Shown piece after piece: positions 1 through 13,830 of a stretch of DNA of 64,000 nt. Positions within the stretch are counted from its first letter, which is position 1. Every line of letters starts with the position of its first letter. The position numbers were made by a program, and so were the translations under genes. Origin of the DNA: Trichoplax adhaerens (lineage: Eukaryota > Animalia > Placozoa); NCBI RefSeq assembly GCF_000150275.1, contig NW_002060954.1, positions 1,878,821 to 1,942,820 on the forward strand, in the 5' to 3' direction. Below the pieces are notes generated by a model. It had not been told where the DNA came from and did not search any database. It saw only the letters and a list, made by a program, of their open reading frames with translations.

Positions 1-3000
1 TTTAGAATACTTATGAAATTTTGATTGGTTTCTCCCATAATTCTACGATCTTGTTTGGCATTTCTTAGCGCATCTTGAGCGTCTCTCGTCCAGATCATTT
101 GTAATCCAAGTAAACCAATCTGTTAAATTGGTAAAATAAAATTCGATCAGATATCGTACCACTTAAAAACGGTAAATTTTCATGTTAACCAGTTACGGAA
201 TCCACTATTATCAATATCGTATATTTCGAATCACATTCATTAAATTGATGACCACTATTTAAATCATAACTTCATTATTACACTTTAATTATTACGAAGT
301 ACTTCACCTGAGCTGGAAAGATATTTAAAAATTCAATCAAGTTGAAGTTTTGATCATTAATGGCTACATGAGCTTGACGAATGATACCATGAACTGAACG
401 ATGGACTGTATTTAGTAAATTGGTCAACCATAATTCAACACTTCCTTGAGCAACAACACTTTTATCGAGCTCGATCGATTCCCCTTCGCGAGATGATACC
501 GATAGAATGCGATCGTAATCTTTCTCGTGAAATTGAACACTCTTAACATTATCAAAGATTCCTAGGAGGTGAGCTTGTATAGTATGGGAATCACTTGCTT
601 GACCAAGAATTTCTAATAATGCCGGATCGGATACGAAGAAAAAGCGAGGAAAGACCAATCTTTTCTTTTCAAGGTACCTGTAATTATGATAATTCCAAAA
701 ATTAAGGCCTGAAATATTGAGTGATATTTGTGGCTTTTGATACCTTATTAACGTGTGATTAAATCAAGTAAATAATCTTTCATTTTTACGGCCTTATTAA
801 TATAGCTATTAGGCTTTAATCCTACTATATCAATCTCAGTCTTATTATCATTTATCATTAAATTAGTATCAGTAGTAAATACCCGCTCAAGGATTTTTGA
901 CATAATTCTAGTTGCTCTTGTAAATGAGGCAACAATTGACCAAGGGTCTCGTCACCAACACAACAAACAACAACATTGACATTTTCGTGAGCTCGAGTCA
1001 TAATTTTAACCCATGATTTATCGATATTTTGAAATCGCTTTGCCTCCTATATTGTCATCAAGTATATGAAAGAATATTATCATATTAATTACCTTATATA
1101 AAGTAAAAATCATATACGATTTTACTCTTCATAATAAGTGCCGGTAGTGCATGGAAATCATTAGACGTACCAGAAAGGTAGCTTAAAAGTTAAATACTAT
1201 CATTACTATAGCTGACCTTGGGTAGCTGCTTAGCAATATCACCACCAACAAATACTGCTTCTAAATAGATCCACAAATTTTGTACTTGCAACCAATCTTC
1301 GATAATATCAGTTGTATTTGATAATTTTTGTACCCATGACTGAATATCTTTCTTAAACGGTGCATTATAGCTATAGAACATATATATTTCATTTAGTTAT
1401 TTTCCTTTTACCGCTAATTAAAGTTAACAATATTTTGCTCACCGGTTACTCATAAGGGAGCCTAGGATCATTAAGCTATCTTCCATGAGGGAAACAATTT
1501 CTGATGTATGATCACCACGAAGTAATAGCTCACCACGACTTTTAAAGGTAGAGAACTTCAGCTCTTGAGTACTCCATTCGTTAACGATAAGTTTTAATTT
1601 AGCTTCTATATCTTTCTCTTTTGTAGCCGAAATACAAATATCCTGTTAAAGATCAAATCAAATCATTAAAATTTGCACTATTTGATTATGAGTCCTAGAT
1701 CGTAATAATTAATATTCTTTATTTTACGGATGAACTTCAAATAATTTTCAAATTATTTGATTGAAAAATACAAATACGCGACTTTATTTTAATTCTCTAC
1801 CTCAATGTCTTCCTTATGTTCCAGCAATGGTGCTTCCATAATGTTCCGTAATAAGAATGTGTCTGAATCGACATCGAAGACATGATTAGTTAATTGTGCA
1901 ATTCTATCCCAATGACGCCTTTTCATGGCTCTATTGGTCATTAATTCAAGTAATGGACAGCTTTCATTAAAATCATCAATTTTCTTCCTTAAATCATTGT
2001 ATGCTGGCCAATCCTTTAAGGCTCTGGGCAATCGTCGGCATCTAATATTATTATCAAACGATATTATTAAACCAAAACTTATAAAGTTTTCAATCAGGTT
2101 TAATGAAACTTTCTCATTTAAGCATCGATATTTATCTTTGCCGCTAATTTAAATTTATTACTAACCTATTTTGAAATTCTTGTAATTCAATATTGATTTT
2201 TTCTATGTTAACATCGGCCCATGGTATATCATAATAGCCATTAATGGTGTCAATAACATCATTATATAGGCTATATAATTTCTGTAAAAGATAAAGTTCT
2301 TTCTTGATTTGTAATAAGTCTGGATACTCGGTAACTGGTAATCCAAATAATTCTTCGCCACCGCTGTATGTCACAAATTTGCGCCATAATGTATCGAAAC
2401 GATTCTATCAGGAAAAGTAAAATTAGAGGATACCGTAGCTTTTATTTTTTTCGAAGGACTTCGCTGATAGCTTAGATGTCTATATATCACGTAAAATGTT
2501 AAAAATAACTCACTTGGAAGATAATTAATCGATCACTAGCTTCACCTGGTGGTATACCGACAACCATAGGACCGGTCTAAATAGTAAATGAAGTCGTTAC
2601 ACGATCAATAAACGACAATCATTATATCTGTAAGCAGTTTTGAAAAATCTACCGACTAGAGTTGTAGCAATAAGTTCATTGCCTGACTTACAAGTCTAAA
2701 TTCATCAACAAATTTGTTTGTATCTAAAGCGTAAACTTCAACATTAGTTAATAATCTGGCTTTAAACTCAGGTTGAATAACAATTAATTGAGTCTGAATC
2801 TCCGCCGCCAGTGTTAATAATCTTTCCCATGAATACCGCAAGGTATCAACTCTTTCTGCTTCATCTTTTTCAACTAACAATTGATATTTATGCAACATAG
2901 CGTATGATTCCTATAAATAATAAGAAAAAAAGTTATTGATGTTTTCAAATTTTGGCCTGCCTTTATTTACTTGATAGGCATCCAAGTCTAAGTTACTAGA

Positions 3001-6000
3001 ACATATGCATAAGTAAATATTCAAAAATTGACTCCATAATCTTTGACTACCGGTACTTTGATATATACGGGTTTTAGTGTTGATAGTAGTTAAGGTAATT
3101 AAGTATGCTCGTATGTCTACATTAATGAAATAAAAAAGTACAAAAACGTTAAAATCTTACCTCAATTGGTGGAATCGACATATCGATTCTAATTTCTGAA
3201 TTTCGAATCTCTTTTAATGCAGCCATAGCATTACGTACATCTTCTAAATCTTTTATTGGGCGACTTAGTCGCTTAGTTAAATCATCGATGAACATAAATA
3301 TATCTTCCATTTCAGTACGATATTTTAAGTTGGCACGACGACCTAGTAACATTTTCCATGCTTTGGTTTCTGAAGTTAATGATAGCTTTAACGTATCTAA
3401 AATGAATGATAATAAAAGGAAAAGTTATATATTTTTATTTTTGTTTATAATTTCAAGCGTACAATAATTCTATCATCTAGAAGTGTATTTGCTTATCATT
3501 AAATCTTTTAACGGTAGGGTAAAGAGTAAATACAGTCTAAATACACCGGCACGTATATCGACTATTATATTACCAGTAACAAGAGCAATTGCGCCAACAT
3601 TATATGATTCAGGCAAACCAACGATTTCCTTTTCCATTCGTTGATAGTATAATATCTCAGCTTCAAATTCAGTTAAATTAGGATTGCCTTCAATGAATTC
3701 TTTAATGGCTTCTTCACGATCTTTTTGCCACAATGTTTCATAGCAGTAAAATGCTTCTAAAGCAGTAGTAATATCTTTCTTGGTGGACATAATTGCAGTC
3801 GACAGCATGGATACTTGCTTAGCGATATCTTTATTTTCAGCAATATTTTTATAGTAATTCTTTTTCGGCTCGATTGTACTACCTAATGTCATAGTATCGC
3901 CGGCTCCTTCACCTTGATTATTTTTACTACCACGGCTACGAATTGCCGATATATCAGTGCGACTATCATCACTAGCAGCATTGCTAACCGAGCGACTTCT
4001 CATAGCTTGTGATTCGTATATACCACTTTTATCGTGATCTCGATCGATTAATATCCGCCGTCTTTCCTGTCCCCACTGGGAAACATTGCGAGATACAGAC
4101 AAGACATGGTGGCATGCACGATTAACTGCTTGTTGTACTTCTTCTAGTGTTGGTTGCATAACAACATTAGGAATAGATAGCACAGCTTTGACCCGGAAAC
4201 ATGGCACTTTCTCATTTCTTCTGACTTCATATGAGGTTGCACTTAATGATCTCTTAACATCTCCACGATCAATATAGCTACGTGTACTAATGGTAACTCT
4301 TCGCTTAATGGCATCTAAGATAGAGCGTGTAACTTGTAATAAAGCATTTAAATTACTTTGATTAAAATGAGAGATTAACTCTTGTGCAGCCATTTTTAAA
4401 TTGTCACGCATTTCCTTGCGACGCTGTATAGCTCGACCAGCTGCCGTTATAGGTGAACCAATTTTACTATTAGAGCGCAAACTTGGTGTATCTGGAGCTT
4501 CTATATCACTATCTTGTGCAGCAGTATCTGGTTTATCACTAAAACTGGATTCTGCTCTCTCTAATTCCAATTCTTTGACCTCATCATCTTCATCGGGTAC
4601 CCACAACATATCGACCAATTCATTAGCAGCTTCTTCTACTTGTGCACTTTTAGCTTCTAACAGAGCAGCACCTCGATTGCATAATGCCTGAGAGTATTGA
4701 AATCAAAATTAGTTTTCATTTCTCCTTATATAATGTTGAAATAATTGCTACGATTTTTGCGAGTTCATCAACGACAATAATTGATTTCAATTTTCAAGCC
4801 AATACTGAAATAACTTGACAGTATGACTAGTAACGGACATATTGCTAAAATGCAAAATGGCCAAGTCAAAGCATATAAACCTACTTGCGTTTTTTCAACA
4901 AACTCTGCGATTGACCATGGCTCATCTTCGGGCAATTCACATAATTGGACATTACTCATATCGGTAAGTAGCGCTTGAATACGGCATTTGACCAAGTCGT
5001 TTGCACGATCAATTAATAATTCTAACTCTTGAAGTTTTTCTTGCACTTGCTTAACATAAGACATTAAATTCATCGACGTCCATGTTAGCATGGATAGTCC
5101 TGGCTCAAGTGCAGCATCAATCGTAGCCAAGTGAGGCATTAACAATGTTTCGAAGTTAGATGGAATTTTCGATCTTACTCGCTTATTCTCAGAAAGGAGG
5201 AGCTGAAATGAAGATAATATTTAGAGGATAAGAAATTTTAAACAGTTCTTAGAGCTGTAGCAATAACAAGTTTGATTATCCATCCGAAATGAAATTCTGC
5301 ATAGTAAAATTGTAATCAACTAGTAGTAAATCTATTCTCAAACTTCAAATAAATACTTAGAGCCTAACCTCTAAGATATGATAGCTTTCTTTTAATGATG
5401 CTTGGCGTTCCTTAAGAGAAGCAGCGACCTCCGGAATTTCTAATTCTAAACGTCCAATGCAATCCGTTTCTCGAATTAACGTTAAAATTTGCGGATCGAA
5501 ATTAACAAATAATTCTCCAGTATCAGGATGGCGGACTAACAACGATGCATGCAAGCCACTCTTGGCAGCTTCGATCTAGAAGATGTTTAGGAAGCATTTG
5601 AATAAACGAGTAGATACTAGCAAATAAAATAATCTTGAAGACTATATGATTTTATCCTATCTACGGTCATACTAATATCTCCTGACTTTAAAATCTATTC
5701 AACTAAAGCTATTAGAATTGGGTTAAGCATAGCATAGACACGGGCTGTTAGAATAGGCCGATATCATTTAGAAGTCTGTAATGAACTACTACTAATTTTG
5801 CGAGATAGGCGTAGAATTTACTACAAACCATTACCTGCTTATGCCATCCGTGGTAGTAAATCATTTCATATTCTAATAGGACTTTTGCTACCTTATTATA
5901 ATTTTTAATAATTCTCTTTGCTTCTTGACTTTGCAGAATGCGAGGGAATGTCTTAAACACCGACATTGGATCCTGTATGCGACGATATAACTGCCTTACC

Positions 6001-9000
6001 CATGCAATTTTACCAGCAATAGGTGGCAAATCACGTCCAACTGGAGGGTCAGCTTTATGTTTTTGATAGAGTTTTTGCGTTGCCTCGACATCACGACCGA
6101 AATGGAAGAAAATTTTCTCATATTTTTCTTCAATATCCAGATTTGGCAATCCCAATCTAGTCATTCAATACATAATATCGACACCATTCACTACAATTAT
6201 TACAGTTAACAGACTACAAAATGATATCAGAAATGCAGCAGCAACCCTATGCTCAAAGCTAATAGGAATTTTATCACTGATGGCCCGAATTCTATTTTTA
6301 ATAGACTAACGATCTGTATACGCATATATCAAAACAGCGATTTAAGTAAGATACATACGCTTCTAGTTTCTTCATCAAGTATAAAGCTCGTTGTGTGTTA
6401 TGAATTTTATCAAAGCTTTGATCCATAAACAACTTGATTTGCGATTCTAAATCATGGATTTGTCGTTTAAATTCTTCGAAATCGGAATCATAATCCATTT
6501 TACGCTGATCGAGGATATCATAAGGTTTTTTCTTCATCGTGGTTAAAATGACCTGAAATTTTGCTGCCATATTTTCCATTCCTTCAATTTTCGATGTTGA
6601 TAGACATTGATATTGCTCGATAATATTCATCATTTCAATAATTTTCTTTAAGCGACGTGTAAAAGTATCAAATTTGCCAAAAATGTACATTTCACTAAAT
6701 TCGAATTGTCTTTCATTCGGTATCTCTTCAAGACGTTGTTTAGCCCTTTGAAAAGAACGCTGGTATTCTTCATTTAATCGGATGCATGCATTTAATTTTT
6801 CAATCAAATCTGGACGTTCTTGGTCCCAAATTTTGGCAGAGCCATTATTAGTAATGTAGGCACGACATGCGGTAATCATTTGATTTGTTACCTAGAAGAA
6901 AGTTTAACATGATTATGGTTAGTGTTATGGATATAATGATATACGCGTGGCATCCAATAGACTCTGTAAAATTCAATGTCAATAAATAACACATTTAGCT
7001 AGTCGAATTTACCTTAACAAATAACGATGTCATCCTTTCTGATGTGTTATAGTAGCGTGAAATACTATGAATCATTCGAATAGCATTGATAAGTCCAGGC
7101 ACAGCATCCACCATTGCCACCTAGAATAAAACCATATTTATCAAATCATTATGTCAAAGTCGTCGATGGACTATTTGCGCAGAAAGGATCGAACAATTTC
7201 ATGATTGCTTTACTAGATTATGTCGTGAATTTTAGCAGACAATCTATGTGGGTTAAAAGTAACTAACTATTCAGTGTACGAGGCCTTACCGGATCGCAGC
7301 TGTAAAGAGGCTCGCAACTTTTTTCCAGTGTATACAAAAACTTAACGTTATCCTTGGCTTCGTTAGCTGCATCGGTGATACGAGTATCTAAATCACGCCA
7401 TATCTGCGGAAATATTGGTAAGAAAACGATAAGTACTCTATTAGTTACCCCAATAATCATAAAAATTGAAGTAGAGATGAAGAGTAATGGAGGATTTTCT
7501 TTCGATCAGTTCCTTTTAATACTTTATGCAAATAAATTGATCTACCTTTAACAATTTCGATTTTCCAGCATGTAAAACGCCAATCGCTGCCTTACATTCT
7601 ACACCTTTAATTTGATCCAAGAGAGAATTAAATCGAGCCATTCTTTTCTTCCAGTGCTCTAATTCTACTTTGGGGCCGATATCATCTGCTTCTTTTCTCA
7701 TTTGCTCACTTTCGGCCAAGACCTATAGCATCATACGAGATGTTTTAAAAATTTTAGAACTATCTGCCATTGATGATTGAAAGCAGAAGGAGTGAATTAG
7801 AATAGAAAAAGAAGGATAGAACTCCACATGAATTGGTACTTATTTATAATAGGGCTTTTCCTTAACTACCAACCTGTTCAATTTGTTTAATCCATACTTG
7901 AACATGTATTTCAACAGATTCTAACGTGTCTGATGAATTTGCTGCTGAAACATAATCTGTTGGCTGAGTCATACCAGATAAATCGACAGTTTCACATTCT
8001 TTGAGAACCACTGTGTCCTTTAAGCTAGACTCAGCACCAGCTAAAATATTAACGAAAGAATCTAAACTGACGAGAAATTCTACACGTCGTTGCCTGGAAG
8101 ATAAATCTCCCCATTCACATTGATTGGTTAGAGCTGGAATGTAAAGATCCGATAATAATTTTTCGATGGCTTTTAATAGTCCTCCTTCACGGCAATCAAT
8201 GGATCCAAAAACGACATCCTAAAGGTGAAAAGGGTAAGGCAACAACATGATTATCACATGGAACAAAATCTATTTTATCATTCTTCATGCCAAGTTACAG
8301 GTAATCGTAAGCCAATTTTCGTTTGCTACTTAAATTATCGCCTAGAAGAATATGCTGAATCGACTTACTTTGGTAATATTTTCCATATTAATTGGCTTCG
8401 TATTGTCAGGACGGAGAAAGAACATGCATATTCCGCTTAATTTATCATCCTTTCCATTGGTTATATACAATTTATATTTCGAAGTTTTGATCTTAGTTGC
8501 ACCACCAGGTCCCAAGCGAACGTATTCAACAGCTGCAGTTATGAAATTGAAGATGAGTATCTCAACAATAATTTCAATATTATTCAAGTCTAAGATCGAT
8601 CATTAAATAAGCGATTGATATTACAGTCTGTAAAATGCTCATTAAGATACCCATTTATTGCTACGTTATAGCATTAGCGACCGTAAATATATTGGTAAGT
8701 CTATCCTCAATAGATACTGGAAAGTGCGAGCTTCTATCTCTGCTTTATTTTCATTTAGCAATATGAAATTGTGTCATGAAACTACTTCATGTCCTACTGC
8801 TGTATTATCGAAATGACAATCCCTCATACACAGCTTACTGTGTTAAAGGTATCAAATGCGTTTATAGCTCTAGCATGTAACGAATCCTATGCCAGATCTA
8901 TGGGCAATTTTAATGTCAGCAACATTAAATTACGCTATATTGTAACACTATTCCATGGCCTACCATTATCGCCGTAAGGTATAACTAGTTCTTGATAGAA

Positions 9001-10055
9001 AAATATTAAGTGGGCTGCACCATCAATTTCGAAAAATTTGTCCATTTCAGCAATCTGTAGCGGATAATTTTATAGTTATTTCACAGTAATTTGAATGAGT
9101 CTATTTTCCCTTCAATCTATTGCATATTGTAATTGTGTTATCCATTCTTACCTGGCTTCCTTCCAGTACAGAATCCTCAACTTCAGTATAATCAATATTC
9201 AGTGCATTAGCTACATTTTGCAATATAAAATCATGCCGCGCATCTAATGATGCTCTCTTTGCTTCCCTCTCTTCTCGTGCTTTTTGCTGTAGGTTAGATT
9301 GATATCATCCCAAAGAAAGAGATAAAGAACCGTTATGAATGATATCGATATAAGATGGCACGATAGTATATTTTTACTAGAATTTAGCAAAGATTACAGT
9401 CTAGATGATATCCAGTTTCTTTCGAAACTAGATACCTTACGTTAAAAATGTTCGTATGGGTAAAAACCAGTGTAGACCACACAAATTGTAAAGTCTAATA
9501 CAGTATACTGAAAAAGTAGTCAAATATCGAATTTGGATAATGCTCTACGGCTCAAGTTTGTATTTTAATAATCAACTTCCGACAAGTTAAATTGAAGTAT
9601 TAGTAGCAATTTTTAATTTTAAAAGTTAACTGTCATCTGCTTTAATGGATAGCTATCAAAATGGTCGATGTCCGTTTATATATATCAAGATGCCTATGTT
9701 AATTAATGTTGTTGCGGATATAGTGGACGATATCAATTGATAACGCTGTCTTTCGGCAATTCATGGATAACAATTCGATAGAGACAGAAGTTGTTGCTTA
9801 AAGTATAGAGTCCAACATTGACTGTATCCATATATCAAAGAGTAGTGATAACTTATTGCTATATACCGAAATAGCTACGTTTAATTTTACCTGTTTGTCT
9901 TTAATGGTTTCACCAGTGACCAAGGTATGTTGCTGCAATCTTGGTCTATTTTTTTCTCTGTCTACCATCGCTTGACCTTTTCTTAAATGTCGATGGCGTT
10001 GGCTAGGATTTGTATTCCTGCCAACAATCTTTCTTGATGTATCATCGGTTGGCAT
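1..10055 (-). CDS. DNAH5: Axonemal outer-arm dynein heavy chain, DNAH5/DNAH8 type; N-terminal tail/linker portion (DHC_N1, DHC_N2), continues beyond the left edge
   Basis: 23 GT-AG exons traced with consistent phase, approx. 9891-10055, 9152-9286, 8964-9054, 8369-8532, 7874-8218, 7546-7722, 7290-7403, 7013-7120, 6359-6891, 5836-6156, 5369-5575, 4885-5203, 3574-4687, 3161-3396, 2692-2910, 2514-2575, 2166-2405, 1801-2041, 1443-1642, 1217-1371, 883-1047, 308-677, 1-119. Peptides such as [83 protein letters not shown] and [21 protein letters not shown] match DNAH5/8 as I recall them. DNAH5 vs DNAH8 cannot be resolved (probably a co-ortholog). The start exon is inferred. Confidence 0.95.
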
Positions 10056-10744
10056 ATTGACTAACTAGTCTGTTGACACTTCCTAATCAAAGATAGTAAT
10101 ATCAAGACAGTTTGACACTGTAATCATTTAGTTGTCAAGTATTACACCAGATAGCCACAGTAATTTTTCTATAGAATTGATCTTGTAATAATTCAGTTCT
10201 CGTCGATAACTGCAAACTCTATAGCAAGGATAAATAGATCAATCTAGATTATTTATGGCTCCTTTCTTTTATATTTTATAAATGTATTATGAGAAAAAAT
10301 AATTCTGATTACTACTATCAATGCAATATTATGTAAAAAAGAGTCGTTTCCTAACCATCCCATTTAACAGAGAAGAATTTATTTCAATTTATTCAAGTAG
10401 GAGTATATGCAAGTGTATTTACGTATATCTAAGGATAAAAGTGCTTCTTAATAATTAGCTTACTACTTGTAAAGTATATGTTTAGAAGAACTCTTTACTT
10501 TATCCTAGCTATGTTATGTATCTTAGCACTTTTGTATACTTCAAGGATTGAGTGTGATTCTAAGAGGTTAGGATAATTAAAGCAAAGGTAAACTAGAAAG
10601 AAAATCGATTTTTTATAAAATGTTAATCAGTAAAGTAGTTCGATGATATCAAAGTTCCAACGCAATTAAAAATACTACCAATCAAAATTTATCCTTACCG
10701 GTATTAAAATTGATTTCTATATTTTTCTAGATTACAAATTAACT

Positions 10745-10874
10745 GTTGCCTTGAGATGGTTAATTAAAGGAATTAGTAGCTGTTTAATAGAAATACTCTA
10801 ACTTCAAAGTAAGCGGACAACGGGTGGTTACTAACTTACTGTCGTTATGCTATGTTTATAATTTGCATGACAAC
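10745..10874. promoter_or_regulatory. Candidate RFX X-boxes upstream of the dynein gene
   Basis: GTTGCCTTGAGAT (10745-10757) and ATTTGCATGACAAC (10861-10874; reverse complement GTTGTCATGCAAAT) resemble the X-box GTNRCC(N0-3)RGYAAC. They lie about 0.7-0.8 kb upstream of a motile-cilia gene, with TGTTTA forkhead-like cores nearby. The matches are imperfect. Confidence 0.3.
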
Positions 10875-13830
10875 AAAACGGTTGGCAAGGCCATCGTTTA
10901 TTCAATAGAGTCATTAGCTATAAAAATTATGCATTAATAAAATATTCTTTTGATTGCTATGTTGGCACTATAAAGGCTATTCTTGATTAGCCGATGAAAA
11001 GTTAACAATTAAAAGAATAGAATCTTAAATGGATAATTGTCTCAGCACAACAAAAATCTCTAATATGGTATCGATAAACAACTGTGTTGCGCTATAATCG
11101 TTCTATGAGATAGTAAACTGTCCATTTATTCCTATGGCTAGGATATCGCCTAAGTACAAGTGCAAGGTCATTTTATTGTCAATTATACATAACACAAAGA
11201 TGACTCCTTCTAGTTGGCCTCATTTAAAAGACACCTTGCACATTACTGTTTTTATTATACTATAAGCTTATAAAGTATCCGTTAATCGGAATTTGTGATT
11301 TAATTTCGAAATGAAGGGTTTACAGTTGATTTACGCAATCATGCTGTCTTGTTCAATGCTCATCTATTGGTACTACCAAGGAGTGAGCTAATACAATTCT
11401 AAACGATTATTGAAAGTTCACCTCGGGTAGTTTTACCGGACCTCCTACAAATTTTACAATTGAGATTTTACGGCATAAGGATAATTATAAATTTGATATT
11501 TTTAAATTACCATAAAGAGAATTCGACAACAATTGTATCAAAGGAGCTTTTATATAAGCTTTAAATATTTCGATATATGGTTCGATGCAATCGTACATAA
11601 TTTGCGATCTTAATATCATAAATAGAAAGCCAGTATTTACTGTAGATGTTAATAGAAGATTGTGCAGGTAGCCTAACCTTTATAAATTGGCCATTCCAAT
11701 AATGGCCTCTTTATTCCGGAATCATTTTGTTTAGTATAAATTTGTAAATAAGCTATATGTAGCATTGCAAGCGATTTTAACCTAATTTATATAGATATTA
11801 CACTTAAATTTGTGCATTAAACCTCTAACTCTGTCTTAACTGAGTAATAGGACTACTTTAATAACAGTGATAGTAACCTCTTTTTCCACCAGAAAAGTAC
11901 GCAATGGATTACAAGTTATAAAAACCACTATTTTCAGATAAAGACTTCTTGATGCGAAGCAGATATTCAATACCATTAATAATTCAAGAACTACTTACGC
12001 TCTTACAGGCTTAGGAAATTAATGATAAAAGTATAAATAGTGCTACCTGTAGTTGCATATTATGGTATTAACATGGAGTAATTGAACTTCTATTGAACCA
12101 ATCGCGATCAATCATGCAATCACATAATAATACCCTATGGGTGTCTACGTATTCTTTGAAGTGATAAAACGATGCTTAATTTTTCAAGTATAACACTGCA
12201 TAATTTTTTAGTAATATTAGCACATAATTTTACAGTAAATAGATCATTGGAATACGTTTTACGATTATGAGATAACGATTATGATTGCATATGTGAGGGG
12301 AAATCAGGTCGTTAAATTGAAGTATTTAATTCAGTTTTACTCAGTTGACAGAATGATTCCTAGTATTAAGTACGAATATATCTACTTTGTATAAGTAGTA
12401 AGAAACAATCTGGCAGTGAATTTCCTTTCAATATCTTGCTTTGTGTAGAATATATACCCGTTCATTTGAACGGGAACTTGACTAGTATATTGAATTAACC
12501 ACTGCCGGCAATTTATATGAGAAAGTATCTTTCCTTTCGATTCTAGTAGATAAATATGGAGAATACACTATGCGGATAGAGCCGTTTGTAAGGAATATAT
12601 TAGAGTGCATATCGAATCAATGGAGTAATTAAATTTTTTAAACGGGCTTCGAACAATGACCTATTAATTCTCTTACTTCTGTCATTATTACATAGAATTG
12701 TACAAAAATCATAAGCCTAAACCATGGTTAATTTTTAAATAGATTAGAGATGACCTGTTGATAACGAAAATGAAGGACTATAACTGTGAATAATGGCCGT
12801 AAATAAACCTATTACTAACCAGTATATTGTATATTAATTAACGTTCAAATGCTGAATAGTATCCGGTTCCTGATAGCAATTCAGCCACATCATGTATGAT
12901 AAACGTTTAAAAATTAATATGTTTGTTGTGCTATGGAAATTTTAAATTTATACAAAAATGGGTAGTGGTTGCTTACTGAAAATGCTACCTTGTAATCGAT
13001 TTTTTTACTAGATTTGCTTAAGTGTAATCGCACACATATATACTATATATCTGGAGACATTAACGTCAGCGAGAGCGATAGATTATTGTGTTGCATTTCT
13101 TTAATTTGTAGGATAGCTCCGTTAGAAAACGTTAGATAGGACCAGATAATAAGATTACTACATTATTTCACACCGTAAATCGTTGTTAACTGTCGATACT
13201 TGTATATCTATCCAATGATATACTCGTTATTACAGTTTTATCACAAGGGGTCGTTATTCTCAACTCTACGTCGCCGATTTCCTGAGTATGTCCCGTACTG
13301 AATTCTCGGCATCACGGTAACAAATCTTTAATAAGAATTGTCGGAATCAAGATCCAATTACGTCGATACGAATATAAATGAAAGTCTACTGTATAATTTA
13401 TTAGTTACAAAGTACAGCTAGGAGTGCAAAATTCATATAAATGTTAAACGATTTTTCAAGAAACTACGTGCTAGGTAAAAATTTCGATATACTCGTAGGT
13501 GCAATTCAGTATTCAAAATCGGCAAAAAAATACCACTCGGCAATCTAACACTTTCTTCTGTGATTACACATTAACTGATAAATGGTTCGGCTGAGTAATA
13601 CCGTTGTTATTTTTTTGGTTTTTTTAGCTATAATTTCCCGATGGTATTGCTAAAAGGATGACTAGCTTACGCCGTATTTATATTAATCAAATTATCACAT
13701 TTAAGGTTGCTCAGTATTTACAGTATACTCGTATTATAGTATTTCTTAATTCGATGACTATATAAAAGCATCGATATTACGAATTAGCCCAGGTGGTAAT
13801 GCTGAGATAGTAAATCAAGTCGAAATAGTA

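Noticed and set aside
1925-8606. + strand ORFs overlapping dynein exons
   Set aside because: Antisense shadows of the conserved - strand exons.
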